DNA from: Proteobacteria bacterium CAG:495 | GTDB taxonomy: Bacteria > Pseudomonadota > Alphaproteobacteria > RF32 > CAG-239 | NCBI GenBank assembly: GCA_000432275.1 | Contig: HF995323.1 | Span: forward strand, 121,957 to 182,357 | Direction: 5' to 3' | Length of the DNA: 60,401 nucleotides | Shown: in pieces, positions 18,208-26,927 of the stretch | Numbering within the stretch: position 1 is the first letter of the stretch | How the letters are laid out: the number at the start of each line of letters is the position of its first letter | Position numbers and translations under genes: made by a program | Notes under the pieces: generated by a model | Database searches by the model: none | Seen by the model: the letters and a program-made list of their open reading frames with translations, nothing else | Told to the model about the DNA's origin: nothing

Positions 18208-19505
18208 AGTTTTTTATATTTTTCAAGTAACTCTTTTTCTCTTTGAGTCTGCTTTTTAGTCTGTGCAAATCCCATATACTTGCATAAATGGTCGTTTTTC
18301 AGAATACAGATGGCCATTCTTTTCCATGAAGGAATGTCAATGGTCGACTTAATGTCATCAGTGTCATCGGGTGTTCCCAAAAACTGAATCCGGTCTTTGT
18401 CTTTACTGTATCCGCTTTTGCCGTTATGCCGTATTCTGTAGTTACAGGCTTCAAGCTCTTTCAAAGCGTCATCACACACCACACCACCTTTCTTCCACCA
18501 AAAACGGATAGAAGTTTTAAATTTGGCAACATAATTTTCGCGGATTGAATCCGGAAGCGTCGCCAACAAAAATTTAACATACGAACGCCAGGTATGCCCT
18601 TTCGGCAAAGTAATCTTGCCGGCACCCATCAATTTTGAATTGCCGTACATCGCGGCAAAATTAGCCCCGTTTACGCGGGAAACCACTCTGGCCCATGTTC
18701 CCGGTTCCAAGACACGATAAAGGTTGAGGCTCTCTTTTGCATTTTCATGATAAGGGCTGGAAACCCGCATCTGATTGATAGACAGCCCGGCGCGGTAATA
18801 AAGGTCATAAATCTTGTTATACTCATAACCTTCTTTGCCGTTTGCAATCCATACGTCTTTAGTAGACCAGTCATACAACGGATAGGCGTTATAGAAATTC
18901 TTGCCCATTTTGGTTGTCCACTGCGAATTTTTCATCAATGTCTTGCGCGTATTGGCATAAGCCCGGTAACGGTTGATAGACTCATCGGCCCTGATGCCAA
19001 CCATACACAACGTGGTGCCCTCATGATGTCTGGCATACCAATGCCCAAACTCGGCATACAAATCCTCCTGAGCCATTTTATACTTATAAGTTTCAATCGG
19101 ATTGTTCTTCAGGTTAATAATATAGGGCATCGAGGGCATCGGACGCACCCACAGTTCTTCCTTTTCGTCATCCCAGGGGTACCAATACATTTGATAATTG
19201 CTGACGGCGCAGCGCGATCCCATCGGCAAACATACCCAATAAGGCTCAATATCGTCTATGTTGTCTTCAAACATCTTGGTAACATAGTCTGTCGTCAGCT
19301 GATACTGCGCCTCAAAATCCTGATGGAAAACACCGATTTTTTTCTGAATGTTATGTTTGCGTTTATAGTCAAGAACCATATTCAGCAGCAAACCGCTGTC
19401 TTTTCCGCCGGAGAAAGACACATAAATATTGTCAAAATTTTCAAACGCAAACTTAATTCTTTCCATCGTTGCGTCAAAAACATTCATGTCCTTATAAATC
19501 TTCAT
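18204..19505 (-). CDS. ibrA: PP-loop PAPS-reductase-family protein with long C-terminal extension, IbrA-like
   Basis: 433 aa. N-terminal PP-loop motif FSGGKDSGLLLNMVLDY. The roughly 200-aa C-terminal extension (...WRSYVKFLLATLPDSIRENYVAKF...) resembles the DUF3440 part of IbrA. 4-nt overlaps at both ends. Confidence 0.7.
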   Translation of the reverse strand: MKIYKDMNVFDATMERIKFAFENFDNIYVSFSGGKDSGLLLNMVLDYKRKHNIQKKIGVFHQDFEAQYQLTTDYVTKMFEDNIDDIEPYWVCLPMGSRCAVSNYQMYWYPWDDEKEELWVRPMPSMPYIINLKNNPIETYKYKMAQEDLYAEFGHWYARHHEGTTLCMVGIRADESINRYRAYANTRKTLMKNSQWTTKMGKNFYNAYPLYDWSTKDVWIANGKEGYEYNKIYDLYYRAGLSINQMRVSSPYHENAKESLNLYRVLEPGTWARVVSRVNGANFAAMYGNSKLMGAGKITLPKGHTWRSYVKFLLATLPDSIRENYVAKFKTSIRFWWKKGGVVCDDALKELEACNYRIRHNGKSGYSKDKDRIQFLGTPDDTDDIKSTIDIPSWKRMAICILKNDHLCKYMGFAQTKKQTQREKELLEKYKKL

Positions 19506-20755
19506 AGTTTCAAAGCCTCATCTCTTGACATAATATTACAAACGTTGCTCAATACGTTTTCCTTGCGGTTAAGATTATCCTTTATCAGACTTTCAAGCCT
19601 GGTTCCTACCCAAAAATTGTAGATATTCAAATTTATAACATCTTTATTATAAAAGCTAGTTAATGTTTGAATTTTATCCTTATAATCAAAAGTCTGTGTA
19701 AAATAAATAATATTGTTGCACCCTTTAAGGTTCAAACGCGGACTTTCGACCTTATACGTACAAATCATGATATCCACATTTTTCTCGAACCGGTTAAGAG
19801 CCTTTAGCTTGTTCGAATTTCCGGACATCACCACAAACTTTTTATCTCCGAAGCCTCCTGCTTCTTTGAAAAAACGCACCTCGCTTAAAAACTTGGTGTA
19901 AATAATAACCTTCTCCTTGCGTTCCAAAATCTCGCTGACCAATTTAAACAATGCATCAACCTTATGCTTGCATATGGTATAAAGATATTGAAAACGCTGC
20001 ACTACCTGCAAAAACGCCACTTGTTCCTTATCTTTCAGGAAATCTTCTTTTTCCAGTTGATAAACGGCGGCTTCCTGAGGCGTAAGCTCAAAATCGCTAT
20101 CATAATAGGTTATCTTAAGATTATCCTCAAAATCACAAGCAAGTAAATAGGGTTTTATCATTTTCACCAGCTTTGCTTCATTTTTTGGCGTCGACCACCT
20201 CTTCCACACCTCAAAATCATCCATATAAAACGGCAAAAAGCTGTGCATAAACTGCGTCTCCGTCATATTGAGGATTGCCGAGTCCATAAATTGCGTTTGA
20301 GAATACAGGTCAATCAGCCCCTGAGTCAACGGCGTTCCCGACAAAATAAGACGATATTTGAACTTATGCTTCATGGATAAAAGCCGTCTGGTTCTTCCCG
20401 CCTCCGTGTTTTTAATCGTAATGCTCTCGTCCACTACGCAAAAAATACGATATTTGTCAGCCAGATTATAAAGTTTCAAATACTGCCCGTCGTTCAGAGA
20501 AATGTTTTCAATCGAAAAAAAACATATCCGGTTAGATATTTCCCGAGCCACCGCCTTGATGTCATTGACATAGTCATCCGTGGCCAGATAGTTTGACGGC
20601 GCAATCCATACGATAAAATCGATATTTTTGCGAAAATGCCGGATAAGCCTGAACACTATTCGGATTTTTTCCATGCCGCGCTTCATAAACAGCGCACCCG
20701 AACTTAGCCCGGCAAACCGTTCGCAGATTTTTTTGTGGTCGAACTTTGCTCTCAT
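19502..20755 (-). CDS. short SNF2-family-like helicase core with degenerate ATPase motifs
   Basis: 417 aa. Motif II VVDESITIKN, motif III LILSGTPLTQGLIDLY, and a helicase-C-like segment VIIYTKF...MICTYKVESPRLNLKGCNNIIYF. GMEKI occupies the Walker A position instead of GxGKT, and I see no motif VI arginines. Alignment was done by eye. Confidence 0.55.
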   Translation of the reverse strand: MRAKFDHKKICERFAGLSSGALFMKRGMEKIRIVFRLIRHFRKNIDFIVWIAPSNYLATDDYVNDIKAVAREISNRICFFSIENISLNDGQYLKLYNLADKYRIFCVVDESITIKNTEAGRTRRLLSMKHKFKYRLILSGTPLTQGLIDLYSQTQFMDSAILNMTETQFMHSFLPFYMDDFEVWKRWSTPKNEAKLVKMIKPYLLACDFEDNLKITYYDSDFELTPQEAAVYQLEKEDFLKDKEQVAFLQVVQRFQYLYTICKHKVDALFKLVSEILERKEKVIIYTKFLSEVRFFKEAGGFGDKKFVVMSGNSNKLKALNRFEKNVDIMICTYKVESPRLNLKGCNNIIYFTQTFDYKDKIQTLTSFYNKDVINLNIYNFWVGTRLESLIKDNLNRKENVLSNVCNIMSRDEALKL

Positions 20756-21120
20756 GATACAAAACCCATTTTGATGACTAATTTTCAGATATCTAATATA
20801 TGTAATCGTTCATCTGTCGTTTCAAAGGAATTGTCGTCAAATATACCGGAAGCCCCATCACCAAAGAAGCCGTCATGCCTTAAAATATAATCCGGCCGCA
20901 GCCAAATGCTCCAAAAGTACTAACCAACAACCACATATACTAAAGTATATATACTTTTTATCTAAGGGCAAAAGAAATTCAGGATAATTAACATAAAAAA
21001 ATGCTTTCCGACCCGCAAAAACAACCGCAGATACAAGGCAATAGAACGATACTCGGAAAAAGCTGCACGCCAAAATAACAAATTTCGCCTTTACAACATC
21101 TGCATCAGTTCCGGACTATC

Positions 21121-21149
21121 AAAAAAGCCCGGAAAATTCCGGGCTTTTT
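21121..21149. terminator. hairpin/T-run immediately 3' of tRNA-Ser
   Basis: aaaaaaGCCCGGaaaattCCGGGCttttt has a 6-bp GC stem flanked by A6 and T5. It lies 3 nt from the tRNA-Ser 3' end. Confidence 0.6.
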
Positions 21150-21151
21150 AG

Positions 21152-21239
21152 TGGCGGAGAGTACAGGACTCGAACCTGTGCATCGTTATTCACGATGACG
21201 GATTAGCAATCCGCTGCATTACCACTCTGCCAACTCTCC
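21152..21239 (-). tRNA. tRNA-Ser (anticodon GCU), class II with long variable arm
   Basis: The reverse complement is GGAGAGTTGGCAGAGTGGTAATGCAGCGGATTGCTAATCCGTCATCGTGAATAACGATGCACAGGTTCGAGTCCTGTACTCTCCGCCA. Anticodon stem GCGGA/TCCGT, loop TTGCTAA, variable-arm hairpin CATCGTgaataACGATG, encoded CCA. Confidence 0.95.
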
Positions 21240-21364
21240 ATTTGTGGTACGGCATTATATGTATATTATCTTTTGGTTCAGGTCAACATCTTTTTATTAA
21301 ATTTACAAATTTATTTAACAGATATTTTGCCTGTCGGCACCTCTCCGCAAAAAATAAAACAAAT

Positions 21365-21405
21365 GCAAAAAAAAGCACCGTTTTTTCTTAGAAAAAACAG
21401 TGCTT
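21365..21405 (-). terminator. rho-independent terminator downstream of the micro-ORF / zupT-side transcript
   Basis: On the minus strand, AAGCACTGTTTTTTctaagAAAAAACGGTGCTT (one mismatch) is followed by TTTTTTTT. Confidence 0.55.
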
Positions 21406-21419
21406 CCGCAATTCAGACG

Positions 21420-21527
21420 CTAAAAGTTAGGCCATGTGTCATTCACATATCCGTCGTAGTCGCCGTTTTTGCTGCCGTCATGAGTGCCGAAAGTTTCGCC
21501 CACCCAATTCCAAAAAGCATCCCACAT
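21420..21527 (-). CDS. candidate 35-codon Trp-rich micro-ORF
   Basis: My own translation of the minus strand is MWDAFWNWVGETFGTHDGSKNGDYDGYVNDTWPNF followed by TAG. It forms a locally GC-richer patch inside an AT-rich spacer, and a terminator follows 15 nt downstream. No convincing Shine-Dalgarno. Confidence 0.25.
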   Translation of the reverse strand: MWDAFWNWVGETFGTHDGSKNGDYDGYVNDTWPNF

Positions 21528-21674
21528 ACCGAATGTTTTTTTAGTTATACAATCAAGTTAGCTCACTCTGCAAATAATTATCCGGATTACTCACATCGGT
21601 TAAAATGTACAATAAAACCAGAATAATTATTTGTCTTATTTTTATTTAATCCCAAAAACAGACGTTGTCAATTA

Positions 21675-22031
21675 TTACTCAAGCGTCTTTATAAACTTGG
21701 AATACCGAACTTTGCAGTCTTCACACTGTTTCAGGGCTACATCCCGCATAATTTTATTTTCATACAAGCCGATAAAATAATCACCTGCCGAAACCGTCAA
21801 TATTGAATCCGTCTCGTCATAACTCAGAGACAGACCGATTAGCGGCGCCTGATATTCGCTGCCGGACAACTGCTCGTAATACTCCTTGGCGATTTTAAAT
21901 TTAACCGCAACCGGAACATCTTTATTTCCTGCTTCCCGGTTGGCAATACATTTTGCCGCCGTTTCAAACCGAATATAGTTTCCGATTAAAATCGGTGAAA
22001 ATATATCATAAACCGGCCATGGCTCGCTCAT
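21675..22031 (-). CDS. hypothetical protein
   Basis: 118 aa. Strong GAGGAGGAGAG Shine-Dalgarno upstream of the ATG, 13 nt after the ZIP transporter stop. No family recognised. Confidence 0.5.
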   Translation of the reverse strand: MSEPWPVYDIFSPILIGNYIRFETAAKCIANREAGNKDVPVAVKFKIAKEYYEQLSGSEYQAPLIGLSLSYDETDSILTVSAGDYFIGLYENKIMRDVALKQCEDCKVRYSKFIKTLE

Positions 22032-22044
22032 ACTCTCCTCCTCT

Positions 22045-22821
22045 TCAGTCTAAAACAATACTGATATAAGTCATCGCGATAAAGCCGACAAAAACCGCTG
22101 CCGCCGACCGGTTGGTTTCCTTTTGGCCATAGGTTTCCGGCAAAATTTCATTAATCACCACAAACAGCAGCGTACCGCCGGCCAATGCCATGCCGTACGG
22201 CACAATGTTGAAACTGATGTCCATCAGCAGCAAACCGACAATCGCGCCCAACGGCTGAACCAGTCCGATAGCCAACGCAGTCAACGCCGCCCGCAGACGG
22301 GAGTTTCCTGCCGCTACCAAAGAAATCGCTATTGTCAGCCCTTCGGGAATATTATGCGCGGCAATCCCCACCACCAGAGACAACGGACTGATAATGTCCT
22401 CCGCACCGTAAGCAACGCCGACGGCCAAGCCTTCCGGCAATTTGTGCAGCGTAATGGCAATAATAAACAGCCAGGCCTTTTTCAAATCAAAATGCGGGCC
22501 GTGATGCCCCATTGAGTTATGCTCATGCGGAATCAGCAAATTAAGTATCCAAACCAGCAAAACGCCTGCAAAAACTGTCAATACATAACCCAGCGCTCCG
22601 CTGTAAATATTGCGCGAATCACGCACGATTTCATGCATCGACGGTACCAGCAGCGAAAAAAACGATGCCGCCAGCATCACCCCCGCCGCCAAATTCAGAA
22701 GCTGGTTAATTTCGGTTTTCAAATACCTTTTTTTCAAAAATATCATAAAACCGCCAATTCCGGTTACCAGTCCGGCCGCCAAAGCTGCCAATAATCCCTG
22801 CATAAAAACCTGATTCACCAT
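22045..22821 (-). CDS. zupT: ZIP family divalent metal (zinc) transporter, ZupT-like
   Basis: 258 aa, polytopic. Signature motifs HKLPEGLAVG and HNIPEGLTI. Confidence 0.85.
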   Translation of the reverse strand: MVNQVFMQGLLAALAAGLVTGIGGFMIFLKKRYLKTEINQLLNLAAGVMLAASFFSLLVPSMHEIVRDSRNIYSGALGYVLTVFAGVLLVWILNLLIPHEHNSMGHHGPHFDLKKAWLFIIAITLHKLPEGLAVGVAYGAEDIISPLSLVVGIAAHNIPEGLTIAISLVAAGNSRLRAALTALAIGLVQPLGAIVGLLLMDISFNIVPYGMALAGGTLLFVVINEILPETYGQKETNRSAAAVFVGFIAMTYISIVLD

Positions 22822-23399
22822 TTTGCATTCCTAATCTTTTTCATAATCCGATTGTAATACGGCAATACTCCGTCATCAGCACAATAATCTTTAACTTCGT
22901 CAAAACTAATCCAACGTACACCGGAATTTTCATCCGGTTTAGACATTATTTCTTCGGTTTCGTCAGCTTCCAGACAATAAACAACGTTATAATGTAAGTG
23001 CCGGGGAACAAAAACACCACGTTTGTAGTGATTATGCACGACCATCACATTCAGATCTATCGGTTCGTCAACCAAAGCACTGACCTCCTTCAACGAGGTT
23101 TCTTCCTTGGTTTCTCTCAACGCCACCGCCAACAAATCAGCTTCACGGTCACTGTGTCCGCCCACCCAGGCCCAGGTTTTGAACATATTATGATAAATCA
23201 TCAAAACCTTGTTTCGCTCTTTGTTAACAATCCAACAAGAGGAAGAAAAATGCCCGACCAAATTTTCTCTGTCAAAAACCTTATTCCCATACGCATCAAC
23301 GAACTGCCTGAAAGATTGCCGTTCAGCCTCTTCTTCCTCGTCTGCTGAGCGATAACGCTCCAAAAACATTTTCAAGCTCTGTAAATCAACAATTTTCAT
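22815..23399 (-). CDS. NUDIX hydrolase
   Basis: 194 aa. Nudix box GGHSDREADLLAVALRETKEETSL. Confidence 0.85.
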   Translation of the reverse strand: MKIVDLQSLKMFLERYRSADEEEEAERQSFRQFVDAYGNKVFDRENLVGHFSSSCWIVNKERNKVLMIYHNMFKTWAWVGGHSDREADLLAVALRETKEETSLKEVSALVDEPIDLNVMVVHNHYKRGVFVPRHLHYNVVYCLEADETEEIMSKPDENSGVRWISFDEVKDYCADDGVLPYYNRIMKKIRNAKW

Positions 23400-23410
23400 C
23401 TTAAGCCTTT

Positions 23411-25249
23411 TTATCTGTCAAACAGCTTGGCAATATCCTTAATCTTCAGTTCCACATACGTCGGACGGCCGTGATTACATTGTCCGGAATGCGGCGTCTT
23501 CTCCATATCCCGCAACAGACGGTTCATTTCGTCAACATTAAGCCTGCGCCCTGCCCGCACCGAACCGTGGCATGCAATAGTGGCACACACCAAATGAAGC
23601 TTTTCGGTCAGTTCAAAACCGGTACCCCATTCTGCCATTTGCTCTGCCACGTCGCGAATAAGGGCTTTAACGTCGCAATCCCCTAGCAGTGCAGGCGTTT
23701 CGCGGACGAGCACCGCGGTGGAACCAAACTCTTCCACAACCAACCCCAGCTTGGCCAGTTCGGGAGCTGCCGACAGAATGCGCCCTTTCTCTGCCATATC
23801 TAAATCCACGATTTCGGGAATCAACAGCATCTGTGACGCAACACCGCCTTTTAACAACCCGTCTTTTAACTTTTCCATCACAATTCGCTCATGAGCCGCA
23901 TGCTGGTCCACAATAACGATGCTGTCTTCGTTTTGCGAAATAATGTAAGTGTCGTGAAACTGCGCCTTGGCCAGTCCGAGCGGACCGATATCGCTGCGCT
24001 CGACAACGTCTTCAACATTTTCAACCCTCACCGAAAATTTGCGTTCCAATTCCGGCAGTTCCGCTTGCCGGCGGCCGGCAGTGTTCATCGACTGATAAAG
24101 CCTGTTAATCTGCGGTGTCGGCTGATAACTGTGTTCTCTCAGCCCCATAAAGGTTTCTTCTTCTCTGACCGTTGACGGCTTGGCGTTGTCAAAGTCGGGA
24201 ATGCTGTCATGCACCAGTTCCTCCAGACTGACAGTCTGCGAACTGCGATTGGCGTGCATATTCAGACCGTTGCGAATGGCACTGACCAGCAGCCCCCGAA
24301 CCAAAGCCCCGTCATAAAAACGAACTTCGGCTTTGGCCGGATGCACATTGACGTCCACATACCGCGGATCTACGTCAAAAAACAACGCGCACAAAGGATA
24401 ACGCCCTGAGGCCAGCACATCCTGATAAGCGCCCCGGATAGCTCCCAAAAGCAATTTGTCGCGAACCGGACGATTGTTGACAAACAAAAACTGCGATAAG
24501 GAATTGGCCTTATTTAAAGTCGGCAGTGAGACATAACCGCTGATGCGCACACTTTCTCGCTCGGCATCGATTAAAATGGAATTTTCGCCAAACTCTTTTC
24601 CCATAACGGCCGACAACCGTTCAAGACGGGCATCAAACAAATCCCCGTTGCAGGCCGGCAGTGCAATTTTTTTCTTTTCGCCGTCGTACAGATAAAAGGC
24701 TACCCCCGGGTTAGCCAACGCAATGCGATGCAAAATATCCACACATTGCGTCGTTTCGGCACTTCCCGTTTTCAAAAACTTTAAGCGCGCCGGCGCGGCA
24801 TAAAACAAGTCTCGAACCTCAATTCTTGTACCTTGCGGATGCGCCGCCGGAACCGGTTGGCTTTTCTCGCCGCCGTTCACCTCTATTTTCCAGGCGCTGT
24901 CGCTGTCCTTTGCCCGGCTGGTAATGCTCAGACGCGCAACCGACGCGATGGAGGGCAAGGCTTCTCCGCGAAACCCCAGAAAATTTATATTAAACAAATT
25001 GTCGTCCGGCAGTTTTGAAGTTGCATGGCGTTCCACCGCCAGCTCTAACTCTTTTTCCGACATCCCTTTGCCGTTGTCTGTAATCGTAATCAGACTTTTA
25101 CCGCCGTCGACCAAACGAACCTCGACCGAAGTGGCTCCGGCGTCAATAGCATTTTCAACCAATTCCTTAACCACCGATGCCGGCCGCTCAACAACTTCGC
25201 CGGCCGCGATTTGATTAACCAGATTAGAGGGTAAAATTCTGATGGGCAT
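23411..25249 (-). CDS. mutL: DNA mismatch repair protein MutL
   Basis: 612 aa. N-terminal GHKL ATPase IAAGEVVERPASVVKELVENAIDAG and a C-terminal dimerisation domain. Confidence 0.97.
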   Translation of the reverse strand: MPIRILPSNLVNQIAAGEVVERPASVVKELVENAIDAGATSVEVRLVDGGKSLITITDNGKGMSEKELELAVERHATSKLPDDNLFNINFLGFRGEALPSIASVARLSITSRAKDSDSAWKIEVNGGEKSQPVPAAHPQGTRIEVRDLFYAAPARLKFLKTGSAETTQCVDILHRIALANPGVAFYLYDGEKKKIALPACNGDLFDARLERLSAVMGKEFGENSILIDAERESVRISGYVSLPTLNKANSLSQFLFVNNRPVRDKLLLGAIRGAYQDVLASGRYPLCALFFDVDPRYVDVNVHPAKAEVRFYDGALVRGLLVSAIRNGLNMHANRSSQTVSLEELVHDSIPDFDNAKPSTVREEETFMGLREHSYQPTPQINRLYQSMNTAGRRQAELPELERKFSVRVENVEDVVERSDIGPLGLAKAQFHDTYIISQNEDSIVIVDQHAAHERIVMEKLKDGLLKGGVASQMLLIPEIVDLDMAEKGRILSAAPELAKLGLVVEEFGSTAVLVRETPALLGDCDVKALIRDVAEQMAEWGTGFELTEKLHLVCATIACHGSVRAGRRLNVDEMNRLLRDMEKTPHSGQCNHGRPTYVELKIKDIAKLFDR

Positions 25250-25263
25250 TAGGCTTAAAGTCC

Positions 25264-26919
25264 TTATTTTCTGAGACGTTTGATGATATCAATCAAATGC
25301 GTCGTCGAACTGTCGTGACGAATGCCCGAAGCATTGCTTTGTAATTCCGGCAAAATGCTTAATGCCATTTGCTTGCCCAACTCAACGCCCATTTGATCAA
25401 AAGAGTCTATATTCCAAATAATGCCCTCAACAAAAACTTTGTGTTCGTACATCGCTATCAACATACCCAGAGCATAAGGGTCTATTTTCTTAAACACGAA
25501 AGTGTTGGAAGGACGATTTCCCGGAAAACTCTTAAACTTTTTCAAAAATTCAGTTTCTTCCTTGCTCTTTCCCGCTTTTCTGAGTTCCTCGGCAGCCTCT
25601 TTTACGGTTTTTCCGCGCATTAGCGCTTCACCTTGAGCCAATACATTCGCTACCAGGATTTCATGATGGTCACCCACTTCATTATGCGAAATGGCAGGAA
25701 TAATAAAGTCGCACGGCACAATGGACGTTCCTTGATGCATCAACTGGAAAAAGGAATGCTGAACATCGGTACCCGGTCCGCCAAACAAAACCGGAGCCGT
25801 ACAATATTTAATATACTCATTGTTGTTGGAAACAAACTTGCCGTTGCTTTCCATGGACAACTGTTGCAAATAAGCCGGAACATACTGCAAATATTGGTCA
25901 TAAGGAATAACGGCAACGCTTTTCATTCCGAAAAAGTTATTGTACCAAATTTCCAATAAGGCCAAAATGACCGGAATATTTTGAGAGAACTCGGTGTTTT
26001 TGAAATGCATATCCATCTCATGCGCACCGTCAAGCATCCGTTCAAAATTGTCCATACCGATAACAATCGCTATTGAAAGGCCGATTGCGGACCACATCGA
26101 ATAGCGGCCGCCGACAAAATCCCAGAATTCAAACATATTTTCAGGATTAATGCCGAATTTTTCAACCTCTTTGACATTGGTTGAAACCGCAACGAAATGT
26201 TTGGCAACCGCATGTTCGCCCAAAGCGTCGACCAGCCATTTGCGGCAGGTTTTGGCATTGGTCAGCGTTTCAATCGTTGTAAAGGTCTTTGATGAAACGA
26301 TAAACAGGGTTGTTTCCGGATCGACTTTGTTCAAAACTTCGCAACAGGCAGTTCCGTCAATGTTGGAAATGAAATAACAGTTAAAGTCTTTTCCCCAATA
26401 TTTGCGCAATGCTTCGGTTGCCATTTTCGGCCCCAAATCAGATCCTCCGATGCCGATGTTTACGATATTCGTCAGCTTCTTGCCGGTCTGCCCCGTAAAC
26501 TCTCCCAACCGCACGGCTTCCGAAAACTTGCGCATTTTAGCCAATACCGTATTGATTTCCGGCATCACGTCCTTGCCGTCGACATAAATCGGTGTATTGC
26601 TGCGGTTACGCAAGGCAACGTGCAGAACCGGGCGATGTTCGGTAATGTTAATTCGTTCGCCGCGAAACACCTCTTCGATTTTCTCATCAAGTTTGCGCTC
26701 TTTGGCCAAAGCCAGCAAATATTTCATGGTACGGTCATTGATACGGTTTTTGGAGTAATCCAGCATTAATCCTTCCAGATTTATGCTGTATCTCTCTGCA
26801 CGCTGCGGATCCTTGCGAAACATATCGCGCATTTCCACTTTGCGCATGCTTTTGTAATGATGCTCCAATCGTTTCCAGGCCCTTGACTTGTTAATTTCTT
26901 TTTTTCCGAACATTTCCAT
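25264..26919 (-). CDS. pgi: glucose-6-phosphate isomerase
   Basis: 551 aa. IGIGGSDLGP and the overall PGI family pattern. Confidence 0.97.
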   Translation of the reverse strand: MEMFGKKEINKSRAWKRLEHHYKSMRKVEMRDMFRKDPQRAERYSINLEGLMLDYSKNRINDRTMKYLLALAKERKLDEKIEEVFRGERINITEHRPVLHVALRNRSNTPIYVDGKDVMPEINTVLAKMRKFSEAVRLGEFTGQTGKKLTNIVNIGIGGSDLGPKMATEALRKYWGKDFNCYFISNIDGTACCEVLNKVDPETTLFIVSSKTFTTIETLTNAKTCRKWLVDALGEHAVAKHFVAVSTNVKEVEKFGINPENMFEFWDFVGGRYSMWSAIGLSIAIVIGMDNFERMLDGAHEMDMHFKNTEFSQNIPVILALLEIWYNNFFGMKSVAVIPYDQYLQYVPAYLQQLSMESNGKFVSNNNEYIKYCTAPVLFGGPGTDVQHSFFQLMHQGTSIVPCDFIIPAISHNEVGDHHEILVANVLAQGEALMRGKTVKEAAEELRKAGKSKEETEFLKKFKSFPGNRPSNTFVFKKIDPYALGMLIAMYEHKVFVEGIIWNIDSFDQMGVELGKQMALSILPELQSNASGIRHDSSTTHLIDIIKRLRK

Positions 26920-26927
26920 GTTTCTCC

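Noticed and set aside
20873-21073. A 66-aa minus-strand ORF in the leader between the SNF2-like gene and tRNA-Ser, considered as a possible fourth gene of the system.
   Set aside because: It has no Shine-Dalgarno, and its hydrophobic low-complexity translation is typical of AT-rich non-coding DNA. It also lies upstream of the operon's presumed promoter region. I treat it as non-coding leader.
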